Source of the DNA: an uncultured Candidatus Bathyarchaeia archaeon
GTDB lineage: Archaea; Thermoproteota; Bathyarchaeia; 40CM-2-53-6
Direction of reading: 5' to 3'
Length of the DNA stretch: 53,893 bases
Assembly: GCA_964601325.1 (NCBI GenBank)
Contig: CAZRNA010000005.1
Coordinates: 1 to 53,893 of the forward strand
The notes beneath the pieces are model-generated. The model ran no database searches. It had not been told where the DNA came from and saw nothing but the letters and a program-made list of their open reading frames with translations. Each line of letters opens with the position of its first letter. The first letter of the stretch is position 1. The position numbers were made by a program, and so were the translations under genes. Of the stretch, positions 37,177-47,018 are shown in pieces.

Positions 37177-38556
37177 GTGGACAGATCCATAGTGGACGGC
37201 TTAGAAAACATCGTGGGGAAAGCCCACGTCATAACCGACCGCGCGCAATTGCAGAACTTTCTTGCTGATGAGACCTCCGCAGCGATCAGACCTAAGCCGG
37301 CGAATGACCTCGTCTTGGTAAGGCCAGCAGATGCGCAGCAAGTTTCTGCCGTGCTCCAACTTGCGAACAGGCATAGCATCGCTGTCTTCCCTAGAGGTGG
37401 AGGAACAGGCTTCGTGGGCGGAGCCGTCCCGACCCGAGACGGCATAATCCTCTCCTTCGAGAGAATGAACAAAATCGAGATCGACAAGGACAACATGATG
37501 GCCATCGGAGAGGCAGGAGTGACACTTGGAATGCTCGCAAATGCAGCCGGCGAGGCCGGCCTATTCTTTCCACCTCATCCTGGCGACGAGAACGCGCAGT
37601 TCGGAGGACTTGTGGCCACAAATGCAGGAGGATCAAGAGCAGTGAAGTACGGCGTAATGCGGAGTCAAGTCAAAGCTCTGGAAATCGTAACTCCTACAGG
37701 AAAGGTGCTGAACCTTGGTGGAAGGCTCTACAAGAACAACGTCGGCTACGACCTAATGCAGCTCATAACCGGAAGCGAAGGAACGTTAGCAGTGATAACC
37801 AAAGTGACTCTTCGACTGTATCCAAAACCTGCGGCAACAGCGAGCATGGTCCTACCCTACGATAGCCGAAACGACGCGATGTCCTCTGTGCAGAAGATAC
37901 TACGAGATGTGGGCACACCGCTCGCGATAGAGTATGTGGAAAAAGATGTCCTTGAGATTACCGCGAAACATCTCGGCGAGAAATGGCCTGTAACTGTCGG
38001 CAACTATTATCTCATCATAATAATAGCTGAAGCGAGCAGAGATCAGGTAATTCCACAAAGCGTGAGAATACGTGAGATATGCCGAGAAAATGGGGGCCTC
38101 GAGCCATTCTACGTAGAGTCACAAAGAGATCAAGACAAGATCCTGAGGATAAGAAGCAACGTCTTCTACGCCCTGAAAGCCAAAACGCTCGACATTCTAG
38201 ACATATCCGTCCCCGTCTCCGAATTAGTGACCGTGATAGACTCCATAGAGAGGATCGCGAAACGAGACAAGCTCTTTCTTCCGGTTTTCGGACACGCGGC
38301 TGACGGTAATCTGCATATTCACCTGATGGAGAGAGAAGGCGATACCCTAGACGACATGGTGGGGCTGAGGAACGAGATATACAATATCGCCATTGACGCC
38401 AAAGGAGTAATCACGGGCGAGCACGGTATAGGAAAGATCAGAACAGACACACTTCAATTGTGCCTTGCGAAGGAAGAGATCGCGCTCATGGTCGCGATAA
38501 AGAGACTCTTCGATCCGAACAACGTGCTGAATCCTGGAACCAAGATACCCGTCTAG
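37177..38556 (+). CDS. FAD-linked 2-hydroxyacid dehydrogenase (GlcD/D-lactate dehydrogenase-like)
   Basis: PRGGGTG..GG, GG.VATNAGG, GYDL..L..GSEGTL, GHAADGNLH, TGEHGIG, FDPNNVLNPG. Confidence 0.93.
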   Translation: MDRSIVDGLENIVGKAHVITDRAQLQNFLADETSAAIRPKPANDLVLVRPADAQQVSAVLQLANRHSIAVFPRGGGTGFVGGAVPTRDGIILSFERMNKIEIDKDNMMAIGEAGVTLGMLANAAGEAGLFFPPHPGDENAQFGGLVATNAGGSRAVKYGVMRSQVKALEIVTPTGKVLNLGGRLYKNNVGYDLMQLITGSEGTLAVITKVTLRLYPKPAATASMVLPYDSRNDAMSSVQKILRDVGTPLAIEYVEKDVLEITAKHLGEKWPVTVGNYYLIIIIAEASRDQVIPQSVRIREICRENGGLEPFYVESQRDQDKILRIRSNVFYALKAKTLDILDISVPVSELVTVIDSIERIAKRDKLFLPVFGHAADGNLHIHLMEREGDTLDDMVGLRNEIYNIAIDAKGVITGEHGIGKIRTDTLQLCLAKEEIALMVAIKRLFDPNNVLNPGTKIPV

Positions 38557-38630
38557 ACTTTGGCACGGTTCTTTCGCGCTTTGAGATTCGCCGTCAAACA
38601 AGACTCCACGAGCCTTCCGATGCATGCAAT

Positions 38631-39800
38631 CTATCGTTCGCGGTAGTCTGCCAAGACGATGCGCATCTCGCGTGTGTGCGTTGCCTCTTTGAGAATCGCC
38701 TCAACCTCTGCCTTGTCTTGAGGGTTGCTGATGCGTCGCACGTAGGGCTGGTATCCTCTCAGAACGCAGTCGAGCACGCGGTCTTGCACTGGTTGGCCGC
38801 CAGTCGCCGCTGCTTTTCCGTCAGCAAAGACTAAGACTTTCAACGGAGTTCCGCGATTGGCTGCCTCCACTAGGCCGAGGTGGCCTGCGGCGACGAATGA
38901 GAAGTCTCCAGTCAGAGCCCACACGTCATGATAGCCGGCCATGTAGGCGCCGATAGCGAGCGGAATGCTGCCACCCATGTATGTTCCGACATCAATACAG
39001 TCGTACGGTGGAAACGCGAAGAGCATCGAGATGCCCGTGTCTCCGGTTACGATTCTGCCGCGTAGTCTTCTGAAGACTTCGAAGAGGGGCATGTATGATC
39101 GTGCAGTCGGTTGGAACGCCTCCGGAAGATCATCGGGGATCCTAGGGAGAGTTGGCTTCTTGATCAGTCGCCAATCTTGCTCCGACAGTTTGGTCTCCAA
39201 CACTCGTTGCTGGTATTGGGCCAGCTGAGGGCAAACCACATGCTGAGACACATCTCTCCGGTAGGCTGGTGAGGGGGCTCTCTTCCGGACAGGTGAGTAT
39301 TCCGCTGCTTGGTCAAGATCGTCTGCATCCACTACCAAGACGATAGGTAATCTCAGCTCCTCAGATCGCCTGAACGCATCCAAGACGTCCAAGTATGCGT
39401 GGCGCGGCTGCAATACTCGGTATGGCGTGCCGAGTCCGCGTAGAAGGGCAGTGAGATCGAAGACACTGTCCGAATGCTCTCCGAGTTTGTCGTCAAATAC
39501 CATCACAACGAAGCCTGCGGTCGTTCCAGCCGAAAGTGAATCGATCACAGCGTTTGCAGCCTTGGCAAATCCATGCGCTTTCACTAGAGTCGCAGAGCGC
39601 TGTCCGAGAAGGCTTGCACCATGCGCAATGGAATAGGCTACCTCTTCATGAAGAGAAATCGGATGGACTGAACGAGTGATCTTTAGGTACTCAGCAAGAA
39701 CCTGTGAGCCCCCAAATCCGGGCACGTTTGTGACTATGCCTAACCTAGCATCATCCACTGCGCGAGCAATAACTTGAGCCACATTGTTAGCGCGCCTCAA
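38631..39800 (-). CDS. compact IorA-like thiamine-diphosphate-dependent protein
   Basis: VPG.....E.VA...A.GAS..G.R....KAHG; GDTG; YMGGSI..A.G; GDFSF...G; TGGQ. Confidence 0.8.
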   Translation of the reverse strand: MRRANNVAQVIARAVDDARLGIVTNVPGFGGSQVLAEYLKITRSVHPISLHEEVAYSIAHGASLLGQRSATLVKAHGFAKAANAVIDSLSAGTTAGFVVMVFDDKLGEHSDSVFDLTALLRGLGTPYRVLQPRHAYLDVLDAFRRSEELRLPIVLVVDADDLDQAAEYSPVRKRAPSPAYRRDVSQHVVCPQLAQYQQRVLETKLSEQDWRLIKKPTLPRIPDDLPEAFQPTARSYMPLFEVFRRLRGRIVTGDTGISMLFAFPPYDCIDVGTYMGGSIPLAIGAYMAGYHDVWALTGDFSFVAAGHLGLVEAANRGTPLKVLVFADGKAAATGGQPVQDRVLDCVLRGYQPYVRRISNPQDKAEVEAILKEATHTREMRIVLADYRER

Positions 39801-39925
39801 AACCTTTCACAGGAAGCTTTCAGCGCAGGCTTTCATAAGTCTAGCATCGGCCTTTGGCTCAAGATTCTTTTTCTTGTGGGATGACCATTAGGCGCCCTCA
39901 GGAGCAGCAGGGAGGTTGCTCGATT

Positions 39926-40858
39926 GTGCCAGTTGACAAGCAAGCCCGAGCATTGATAGAGAGATTCGTGCGCGAAGGCAGTCCACCGGTGAGCAAACTG
40001 ACGCCGGCTGAGGCGCGCCGTCTCACTCGAGAAGTGAATCGTAGATTGACGTCACCGCCGGAAGCAGTTGCAGTCGTAAAGAACATGAGAATGTCAGATA
40101 CGTCGGCCCAAATTCCTGCACGCGTGTATATTCCCCGAGAAGGCGAAGTCCTCCCGGTTCTTGTATACTTCCACGGAGGCGGTTGGGTCTTAGGCGATCT
40201 CGACAGCGTAGATTCCCTATGCCGATCCCTTGCCAACGCAGCAGATTGCGTGGTCGTGTCAGTGGACTATAGGTTGGCTCCGGAACACAAATTCCCTGCA
40301 GCAGTTGAAGACGCATACTCCGCAACAAAATGGACCGCAAACAACGCAACTAGTTTCAGTGGTGATCCGAAGCGGATCGCAGTCGGAGGAGACAGTGCAG
40401 GAGGAAATCTAGCAGCAGCGGTATCACTCATGGCGCGTGATAAGCACGGTCCGCCCATCGTGTTCCAGCTTCTCATATATCCGGCAACGAATCACGCATT
40501 TGACACCATTTCGTACAGCGACAATGCAGAAGGCTACTGGCTTTCAAAGGACGACATGAGATGGTTTTGGAATCACTACTTGCGCGGCGAGGAGGATGGA
40601 AGGAACCCGTACGCGTCGCCATCACGTGCAGCAGATCTGAGCTCTCTGCCTCCAGCCTTCGTGATGACTGCGGAGTTTGATCCGCTGAGGGATGAAGGTG
40701 AAGCTTACGCGGCTCGGTTGCGTGAGTACGGAGTCCCTGTAAAGGTGGCTCGTTACGATGGCATGATACATGACTTTGTCAACATTGCTGAACTGCGACA
40801 GAGTCGGGTTGCTATCGGCGAGGCTGCCGCAGAAATGCGCAAGGTTTTCGCGACATAG
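39926..40858 (+). CDS. HSL-family alpha/beta hydrolase (esterase)
   Basis: HGGGW, DYRLAPEH, GDSAGG, DPLRDEG, HDF; GGAGGT SD before GTG 39926. Confidence 0.95.
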   Translation: MPVDKQARALIERFVREGSPPVSKLTPAEARRLTREVNRRLTSPPEAVAVVKNMRMSDTSAQIPARVYIPREGEVLPVLVYFHGGGWVLGDLDSVDSLCRSLANAADCVVVSVDYRLAPEHKFPAAVEDAYSATKWTANNATSFSGDPKRIAVGGDSAGGNLAAAVSLMARDKHGPPIVFQLLIYPATNHAFDTISYSDNAEGYWLSKDDMRWFWNHYLRGEEDGRNPYASPSRAADLSSLPPAFVMTAEFDPLRDEGEAYAARLREYGVPVKVARYDGMIHDFVNIAELRQSRVAIGEAAAEMRKVFAT

Positions 40859-40861
40859 CGG

Positions 40862-41641
40862 TTATTTGCCTTGGAAATGGGGTGATCGTTTCTCGCGAAA
40901 GGCTCGAATGCCTTCTCCGTAGTCTTGGCTGTCGTAGACGCGGCGACGTATTGCCTGGATCTCCTCACCGGTCTCAGCGTCGATTGGATGACCTTTCGAG
41001 AGCAAGCGGAATTGCTCCTTCAAGGCTCGAACAGCCAGCGGAGCATTCCTCAGAATCTTGCCGGCCAAGTCTCGTGTGAAGTGTTCTAGGTCGGCGGTTG
41101 GGACGAGGTGATTCAGGATGCCCGCGCTAAGCGCGTCTGAGGCGATGATGGGTTCGGCGGTGAAGAACTTCTCCTTCGCTTTGTTGAGTCCAAGGATGTT
41201 GATGAAGTGGATCAAGCCTGATGCGTTGTATGGAATCCCGATCTTTGCAGGAGTTACAGTGAAAGATGCGGTTTCACAGCCGATCAGGATATCGCAGGTA
41301 AGCGCCAGATCGCACGCTCCGCCCCAAACGCTCCCCTCGATCATGGCAATTACCGGCCCAGGATAGTCCTGCACTCGACGCAGGAGACGCTCAAATGGGG
41401 ACGCATAAGGAAGCGGATCTCGACCAGGTTGAGGGAGCTCGTTAACGTCGTGGCCGGCCGACCAAACCTTTGCACCCGGCGGGGCGCGCAAGATCACCAC
41501 ACGAATATCAGATGCCTCAAACTGGTCCAATGTCTTGAACAGCTCATTAATGAGCGAGGCATTGAGGCAGTTGCGTTTGGCTGGGTTGTTCAGAGTAATG
41601 ATACCAAGGTGACCTTCCGTCTCGCTGAGAACTAGCGGCAT
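40862..41641 (-). CDS. scpB: methylmalonyl-CoA decarboxylase (crotonase family)
   Basis: KVWSAGHDV.ELP..GRDPL.Y..P, GSVWGGA, TPA..G.PYN, RR.VYDS.DY.EG, closely resembling E. coli ScpB/YgfG. Confidence 0.85.
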   Translation of the reverse strand: MPLVLSETEGHLGIITLNNPAKRNCLNASLINELFKTLDQFEASDIRVVILRAPPGAKVWSAGHDVNELPQPGRDPLPYASPFERLLRRVQDYPGPVIAMIEGSVWGGACDLALTCDILIGCETASFTVTPAKIGIPYNASGLIHFINILGLNKAKEKFFTAEPIIASDALSAGILNHLVPTADLEHFTRDLAGKILRNAPLAVRALKEQFRLLSKGHPIDAETGEEIQAIRRRVYDSQDYGEGIRAFREKRSPHFQGK

Positions 41642-41978
41642 AACCTCCACCTTCTCTGTGATTACTTAGTGGGAGACGGGAATAAGCTTCTCTACGAATG
41701 AGCTGTCGCAGGCATCGCGTGTGCACTAAGGCCTTTGTCAGGATGCTTTGTAGGAATCTTGCAACGAAACAGAAGTACGCTCTAATGGACACGAAAAGGA
41801 ATTGTTCCTACTATAGCTGTAATCCGAGGGGTCCTACTTTTACTCGATTCCACGAGATGCTCAATCTGAAGAGATTCAAGATTCGACGAAAAGCCTTAGT
41901 TACGGAAGCACTTGCCAAGGGCACTCAGTGCTTGTGTGAGGATGACCAGGAAGGGCTACCATAGAAGGCAATGCGTTT

Positions 41979-42851
41979 TTGAAGCATTCTAGGAATTGGA
42001 TTCTGTTTCTATTCGTGGTCTTCGTTTGGAGTTCGGGCTGGTCTGTCATGAAAGTCGCGCTTGCCTATGTTGATCCGTTGAACTTTGCACTTCAGAGATT
42101 TGTGCTGTCGGCTCTTGTGCTGTCGCCGCTCCTTGTCTATGCACGGAAAAAGATCCGGGTCAACAAGACAGCAATCCCGAAACTGCTGGTGTTGGCCGCA
42201 GTCAACACTGCATCAATTATCCCATTGTATTGGGGATTGGTCTATGAGACATCAGGGATAGGTGCAATCCTAACCTACACTCAGCCTCTGTTCGTGTTCT
42301 GCCTCTGTGTTCTGTTCTTGAAGAGTGAAGCGAAGCCTGTGAGGTTTCTGGGGGCGTTCGTGGGCTTCTCCGGCGTCGTCGTGCTCTCGGTTGAAAGAGC
42401 GGGTTCGATTCAAGTCTCTCCAAGTATCGGAGATGTGCTGTTGTTGCTTGGGGCTTTCCTTTGGGCTGTTGCTATCGTTTACTACAAGAAGAGCTTGAGC
42501 GATGTCGACCCGGTTTTTACGAGCGTGATTCAGCAAGCCCTCGGCGCTGCTATCGTAGCACCGTTCGCTCTGGGCGTGGAGGGCTTCTCGTTACCCTTGA
42601 CACCATCCTATTTTATGATGGTTCTGTATCTCGGGATCTTCGGGAGCGGAATAACCGTGTATCTTTGGCTATTCCTGATAAGAGACGAAGACGTCACGGT
42701 TCTCGCTTTATCGAGCTTCCTGATTCCGATGGTTGCAGTGTTTCTCGGATGGCTATTCCTGGCGGAGAATGTCCAGCCAATATCCTTTCTCGGTGTCGCG
42801 ATGATACTCATAGGCCTGTACCTTACCAACAGGTCAGGATCCCCTTCCTAG
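41979..42851 (+). CDS. DMT/EamA-family transporter
   Basis: 10 TM in two EamA repeats; A..L.YTQPLF, P..A..LGWLFL.E. Confidence 0.92.
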   Translation: MKHSRNWILFLFVVFVWSSGWSVMKVALAYVDPLNFALQRFVLSALVLSPLLVYARKKIRVNKTAIPKLLVLAAVNTASIIPLYWGLVYETSGIGAILTYTQPLFVFCLCVLFLKSEAKPVRFLGAFVGFSGVVVLSVERAGSIQVSPSIGDVLLLLGAFLWAVAIVYYKKSLSDVDPVFTSVIQQALGAAIVAPFALGVEGFSLPLTPSYFMMVLYLGIFGSGITVYLWLFLIRDEDVTVLALSSFLIPMVAVFLGWLFLAENVQPISFLGVAMILIGLYLTNRSGSPS

Positions 42852-42916
42852 GAGCTACAAGAGCGCTACACTGAGATTTAGTCCAGGAAGGCAAACTTGC
42901 AGTCATAATTACCGTC

Positions 42917-43297
42917 TTATTCGGGCTCCAGCTGGAACGTCCCGTAGTGAGTGAATCCTTTCGGCTTCAGGAGCCGGCCAAGTCTGGCGGACAGGTACTT
43001 CTTCGAGTAGAGATCATTGACATGTTGCCTATCCGAGTCCGTCTCTAGTGGCAGCAATTTCATTCTGTGTGTTGCCCCGCCGATCGTAATCTCGACGGAC
43101 GGGTTCTTCATCGCATTCCTAACCCAGTCTCTCCTCGTGTCCTGTGTTGCAACGAAGAGCCTTCCATCACCATCTACGGCGAACCATGTAGTCACATCAT
43201 GCCTTCCGCCGGTTCTTCTGCCAATTGTTGAGATCTTGAGAGTTCCCTTCTTCTCGAACCCAGCTGGCCATCCTGCTCGCATGTGAAATCCATCCAT
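42917..43297 (-). CDS. deazaflavin-dependent nitroreductase-like (split beta-barrel) protein
   Basis: STIGRRTG..H, DWVRN...NP.V.I, Y..KY. Confidence 0.8.
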   Translation of the reverse strand: MDGFHMRAGWPAGFEKKGTLKISTIGRRTGGRHDVTTWFAVDGDGRLFVATQDTRRDWVRNAMKNPSVEITIGGATHRMKLLPLETDSDRQHVNDLYSKKYLSARLGRLLKPKGFTHYGTFQLEPE

Positions 43298-43402
43298 ATC
43301 ATGGTTGACGACTATCTAGGATTAGCTTAACGGAAGATGCGATGTCGGTTCACATTCGGCAAACGTAGGAATCATGGCAACTGATTCCTAGAGACTAACG
43401 CC

Positions 43403-44305
43403 TTAGCCGTCTTCCTTGACAGACAGTTTGCACGTTATCGAACCCGCAATTACGAGCAGGCACCCGGCCCACAGATTCCATCCAGTTCCCACTCCAAGGT
43501 ACAGGGTCCCAATGATGATCGACAGGAGAGGAGTAAGATACGACAGGGAGGCTACTAGAGTCACATTTCCTTTTCGCATTGCCGCATCCCAGAATGCGTA
43601 GGCAAGGATTGTGGGAAAGACTGCCATGTAGGCAAGTTCAAGCATTGACTGACTTGTCCATTCAGTTCGCTCCGGAAACAGGAAGCGCAATCCGACGAGC
43701 ACCAAGCCACTAGCGAGAAGGAACACAGGCACCGCCCCACTCTCCACGTCTCTTGCCCATCGTCGGGTTAGATTCGAGTAAAGCGCCCAACAGACTGCCG
43801 CTACGATGGCAAACATGTATGGAGCCCAGTTGCTTCCGAGATTCCAGACAAACGTCTCCCACGATCCGCCAAATTGTGCGGAGGCAAGCAGTACGCCGCC
43901 GAATCCGAGAAGGCACCCGGGGATCAATGTGAAGCGAGCCTTGCTCCTGAGAATAGGAATCGTCATGACGAGAGTCAGGCTCGGCCACAGGTAATTGACG
44001 AGACCCACTTCAAGTGTCTGCAGACGATTCGCCGCAGTTCCAATCGCCAGATAGAGGCTCGCCATGTAAACGACGAACAAGATGCCGCATCCGAAGAGGT
44101 AGAATCTGGAGACACGAACGATCCTCTGGAGCCGGTGCGAGACGATGAGATACGTGCAGGAGAGACCGCCTGCCAACAGGAAAATGCAGGACGCAGATGT
44201 CAGCGTTCCGAGTCTTTCTGCGAGGCTCCTTGAGAAGGCGATTGTGGAACCCCAGAATAGTAGTGCAAAGATCGCTTGAACTGTGCTACGCGTTTTCTCA
44301 TCCAC
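43403..44305 (-). CDS. YddG-like EamA transporter
   Basis: L.LAIG.A.NR.Q.LEVGLVNYLWPSLT, WA.YS.LTRR, SYLTPLLS. Confidence 0.88.
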   Translation of the reverse strand: MDEKTRSTVQAIFALLFWGSTIAFSRSLAERLGTLTSASCIFLLAGGLSCTYLIVSHRLQRIVRVSRFYLFGCGILFVVYMASLYLAIGTAANRLQTLEVGLVNYLWPSLTLVMTIPILRSKARFTLIPGCLLGFGGVLLASAQFGGSWETFVWNLGSNWAPYMFAIVAAVCWALYSNLTRRWARDVESGAVPVFLLASGLVLVGLRFLFPERTEWTSQSMLELAYMAVFPTILAYAFWDAAMRKGNVTLVASLSYLTPLLSIIIGTLYLGVGTGWNLWAGCLLVIAGSITCKLSVKEDG

Positions 44306-44449
44306 AGGAAATGCCTCGTGTTCTACTGAGACGCTTCGCCTCTAGCCCGACTAACCTTCTCCGCCACGGAAGGTTGGTCTTGCTTGCAAGAAGTCTTTTT
44401 CTATGGCATATCTGAACTGTCGTGGCTGCAAGCAGTTGAGGTTCAGACA

Positions 44450-44620
44450 ATGGCTGACATGAGCAAGTATCAGTGCAATGTCTGCGGCTATATCTACGAT
44501 CCAGCTGAGGGCGACCCAAGCAATGGCGTGCAGCCTGGAACAGCTTTCAGCGAGCTTCCGGAGGAATGGCGCTGTCCGCTCTGCGGTGCTGACAAGTCTC
44601 AGTTCACGAAGCTTGAGTGA
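44450..44620 (+). CDS. rubredoxin
   Basis: [32 protein letters not shown]; start at ATG 44450 or 44459. Confidence 0.96.
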   Translation: MADMSKYQCNVCGYIYDPAEGDPSNGVQPGTAFSELPEEWRCPLCGADKSQFTKLE

Positions 44621-44633
44621 ATACGGCTTGAGG

Positions 44634-45269
44634 CTATGGTTTCTTTCCGATCACTATTGAATTGCTTCCATACGGAATTGTCTGGGTGAATCTGAACCCA
44701 GCCTGTTCCAACTCTCGAATCAGTTCGTTCTGATCGATGATTGGCGGGCCTGACGCCCATGCAAGCGGCCCGCCACGGGTTTTCTCAACGATGGCTAATC
44801 TTCCGGATCGTTTCATGATCCTTAGAAACTCGTTAAGGACCTTTGGTCTGTTGGCGACCTCATGAAAGACATGACTCAGGAAAATCAGATCCACGATTCC
44901 GTTATCGAGCTTGATCGCAGTTCCGTCACTCACCAAGACCTCGACGGTCACATGGTTCTTCTTTGCGTTTGAGACGGTCTTCTCCAGCATGCGCGAAGAG
45001 ACATCAACCGCAATTGTCCTTGCCGCACTCCTCGCTATCGGAATCGTGTAGAAACCTGGACCACAGCCGAAATCCACAACAACATCGGTCGCCTTCAGGC
45101 CAAGCTTCGAGATTAGCTGCTCAGGAGGCTCAAGGAATCTTCTGAATCGATTGTTCAGCGTGAAAGCTAGCCTTTCAGGATAACGCTTGTGCACGTGCTC
45201 CCCTTGAGACTCCAATCCAATACACATTCCACAAATCAACAGCTCACACCGATAAGAGCTTGATTCCAT
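44634..45269 (-). CDS. class I SAM-dependent methyltransferase
   Basis: VVDFGCGPGFY, AVDVS, VD.IFL.HVFHE, R.MK..GRL; true start probably downstream of 45269. Confidence 0.88.
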   Translation of the reverse strand: MESSSYRCELLICGMCIGLESQGEHVHKRYPERLAFTLNNRFRRFLEPPEQLISKLGLKATDVVVDFGCGPGFYTIPIARSAARTIAVDVSSRMLEKTVSNAKKNHVTVEVLVSDGTAIKLDNGIVDLIFLSHVFHEVANRPKVLNEFLRIMKRSGRLAIVEKTRGGPLAWASGPPIIDQNELIRELEQAGFRFTQTIPYGSNSIVIGKKP

Positions 45270-45375
45270 TAGTCAGGCAACATTTCCAGTGTCTACGTCT
45301 TACAAGGAAAGAGACAAAGCTACTTATGAGAGGCGGGGCGAACGAGGCCCAAATAGAAAGCGCTGAGAATCCACC

Positions 45376-46554
45376 GTGGCCGAAACGAAAGCTGCGAAGT
45401 CGAAGACGGGCTTTTCGCCCTTCCTTGTTCTGGGACACGCAGTCAACGACACATCTGCTAACCTGTTTACTGGCCTGTTGCCAGTGTTCACAAGCCTCTT
45501 CGGCCTCTCCTACCTGCTCGCGGGCCTCGTCGCCATGGTCTTCAACATTACATCCTCAATCATGCAACCGCTGTTCGGCCGCTGGTTTGATCGAACCCAA
45601 GCGGTCTGGCTTCTCGAAGTCGGTATCGCTGTGAATTGTGTAGCGATGAGCCTCACAGGTATCGTTCCAAACTACTCAGCTTTGTTGCTGCTCGTCGGGA
45701 TTGCAGGCCTAGGTTCCGCAGCGTTTCATCCACCGTCATTCTCTACGGTCGTGAGATCTGGCGGCCCCGCAAGAGGTCGCGCAATGGGAATCTTCCTTTC
45801 CGGAGGGAACACCGGTTATTTCCTAGGCCCGCTTGTGGCGGGAGTACTAGTCTCCACGCTCGGATTGCCGGGATCATTGCTGCTATTACCGATCGGTTTG
45901 GTCACGGCTGCGCTTCTCTTCAGAATCCGCGTCGGAGAACATCACAGTGCACCGCAAACGACCGATCAGAAGCGACCAGCTAACATGCGACTTGTCGCCC
46001 TGTTGGCGACAGTCACGGCCTTCAGATCCATTGCCACACAGGCCATCGTGACCTTCCTGCCACTGTATTTCGTCGCAAGAGGCGAGCCGCTCTTGCTTGC
46101 CACATCAATCGCGTCCCTATGGTTGGGTATCGGAGTCCTAGGTCAACTGGGAGGCGGGTATCTCTCGGACCGGGTCGGACGACGATCAGTCATAGTGGTC
46201 TCGCTCATTGCAGGTGGACTGTGCTTCTATGCGTTCCTGAACTCATCAGGCTCCATCTCCATACTCCTGCTGGCTCTCTCAGCCATTTTCCTCTACGCAA
46301 GCTGGTCCGTGATCGTGGTGATGTCCTCGGAAGCGGCACCAAGCAATGTCGGAACAGTAACCGGCTTCATGCTAGGATTCTCCGTCGGCGTAGGAGGCTT
46401 CGGAGCCCTAGGCTTCGGAGCAGCCGCAGACAAACTGGGCCTAGACTTTGCTTTCACTCTGACCATAGCATCTGCTCTAGTTGGGGGACTGATGGCGCTC
46501 CTTCTGCCGCGATCGAAGAGACTTGAATCGCGCAAGACCACTACCCTTCAATAA
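45376..46554 (+). CDS. MFS transporter (Fsr-like)
   Basis: H..ND, QPLFG...DR, G.AAFHP, RGRAMG.F..GGN.G...GP, GG.LSDR.GRR; 12 TM. Confidence 0.93.
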   Translation: MAETKAAKSKTGFSPFLVLGHAVNDTSANLFTGLLPVFTSLFGLSYLLAGLVAMVFNITSSIMQPLFGRWFDRTQAVWLLEVGIAVNCVAMSLTGIVPNYSALLLLVGIAGLGSAAFHPPSFSTVVRSGGPARGRAMGIFLSGGNTGYFLGPLVAGVLVSTLGLPGSLLLLPIGLVTAALLFRIRVGEHHSAPQTTDQKRPANMRLVALLATVTAFRSIATQAIVTFLPLYFVARGEPLLLATSIASLWLGIGVLGQLGGGYLSDRVGRRSVIVVSLIAGGLCFYAFLNSSGSISILLLALSAIFLYASWSVIVVMSSEAAPSNVGTVTGFMLGFSVGVGGFGALGFGAAADKLGLDFAFTLTIASALVGGLMALLLPRSKRLESRKTTTLQ

Positions 46555-46693
46555 CCCGTCTACAACCCAAACCCGCGCCAGGAAACCTAGGGCCAAAATA
46601 GGTGTGAACATGCGAACGCGCGCTGGGTAAGGCCGCATGATCGTGACACAAGTCTTAAGTTCACATGACCCAAAACTGGTCTATGTGATGAAC

Positions 46694-46879
46694 ATGGCAG
46701 ACGCACATTTTGAAGTCTTCAAAGACGCTTCAGGACAATTCAGATTCAGACTGAGGGCTCCCAACGGAGAGCCGATAGCATCCAGCGAATCCTACAAGAC
46801 AAAGGAAGCCTGTATGGACGGCATCAAGTCAGTCCAGAAGAATGCTCCAATTGCGAAAGTGAAGGACATGACGGCCTAG
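46694..46879 (+). CDS. YegP/DUF1508-family protein
   Basis: FEVFKD..GQFRFRL.A.NGE.IA.SE.Y..K..C..GI.SV.KNAP. Confidence 0.92.
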   Translation: MADAHFEVFKDASGQFRFRLRAPNGEPIASSESYKTKEACMDGIKSVQKNAPIAKVKDMTA

Positions 46880-47018
46880 AGGCATCGCTGCCTCACTGAG
46901 ACATCAGGCATCTATCCCCCAATTCTTTCTTAGCGGCTTCCTACCGTAGGTCATCCTGCTCGTAGTGACACACGGGGTGCAACACGCTCTGGTTCGCGCC
47001 TAGGTCGGTTGCTGTTCT

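Noticed and set aside
41650-41978. 330-bp gap as riboswitch or small gene
   Set aside because: No recognisable aptamer consensus or convincing ORF; probably divergent promoter region.
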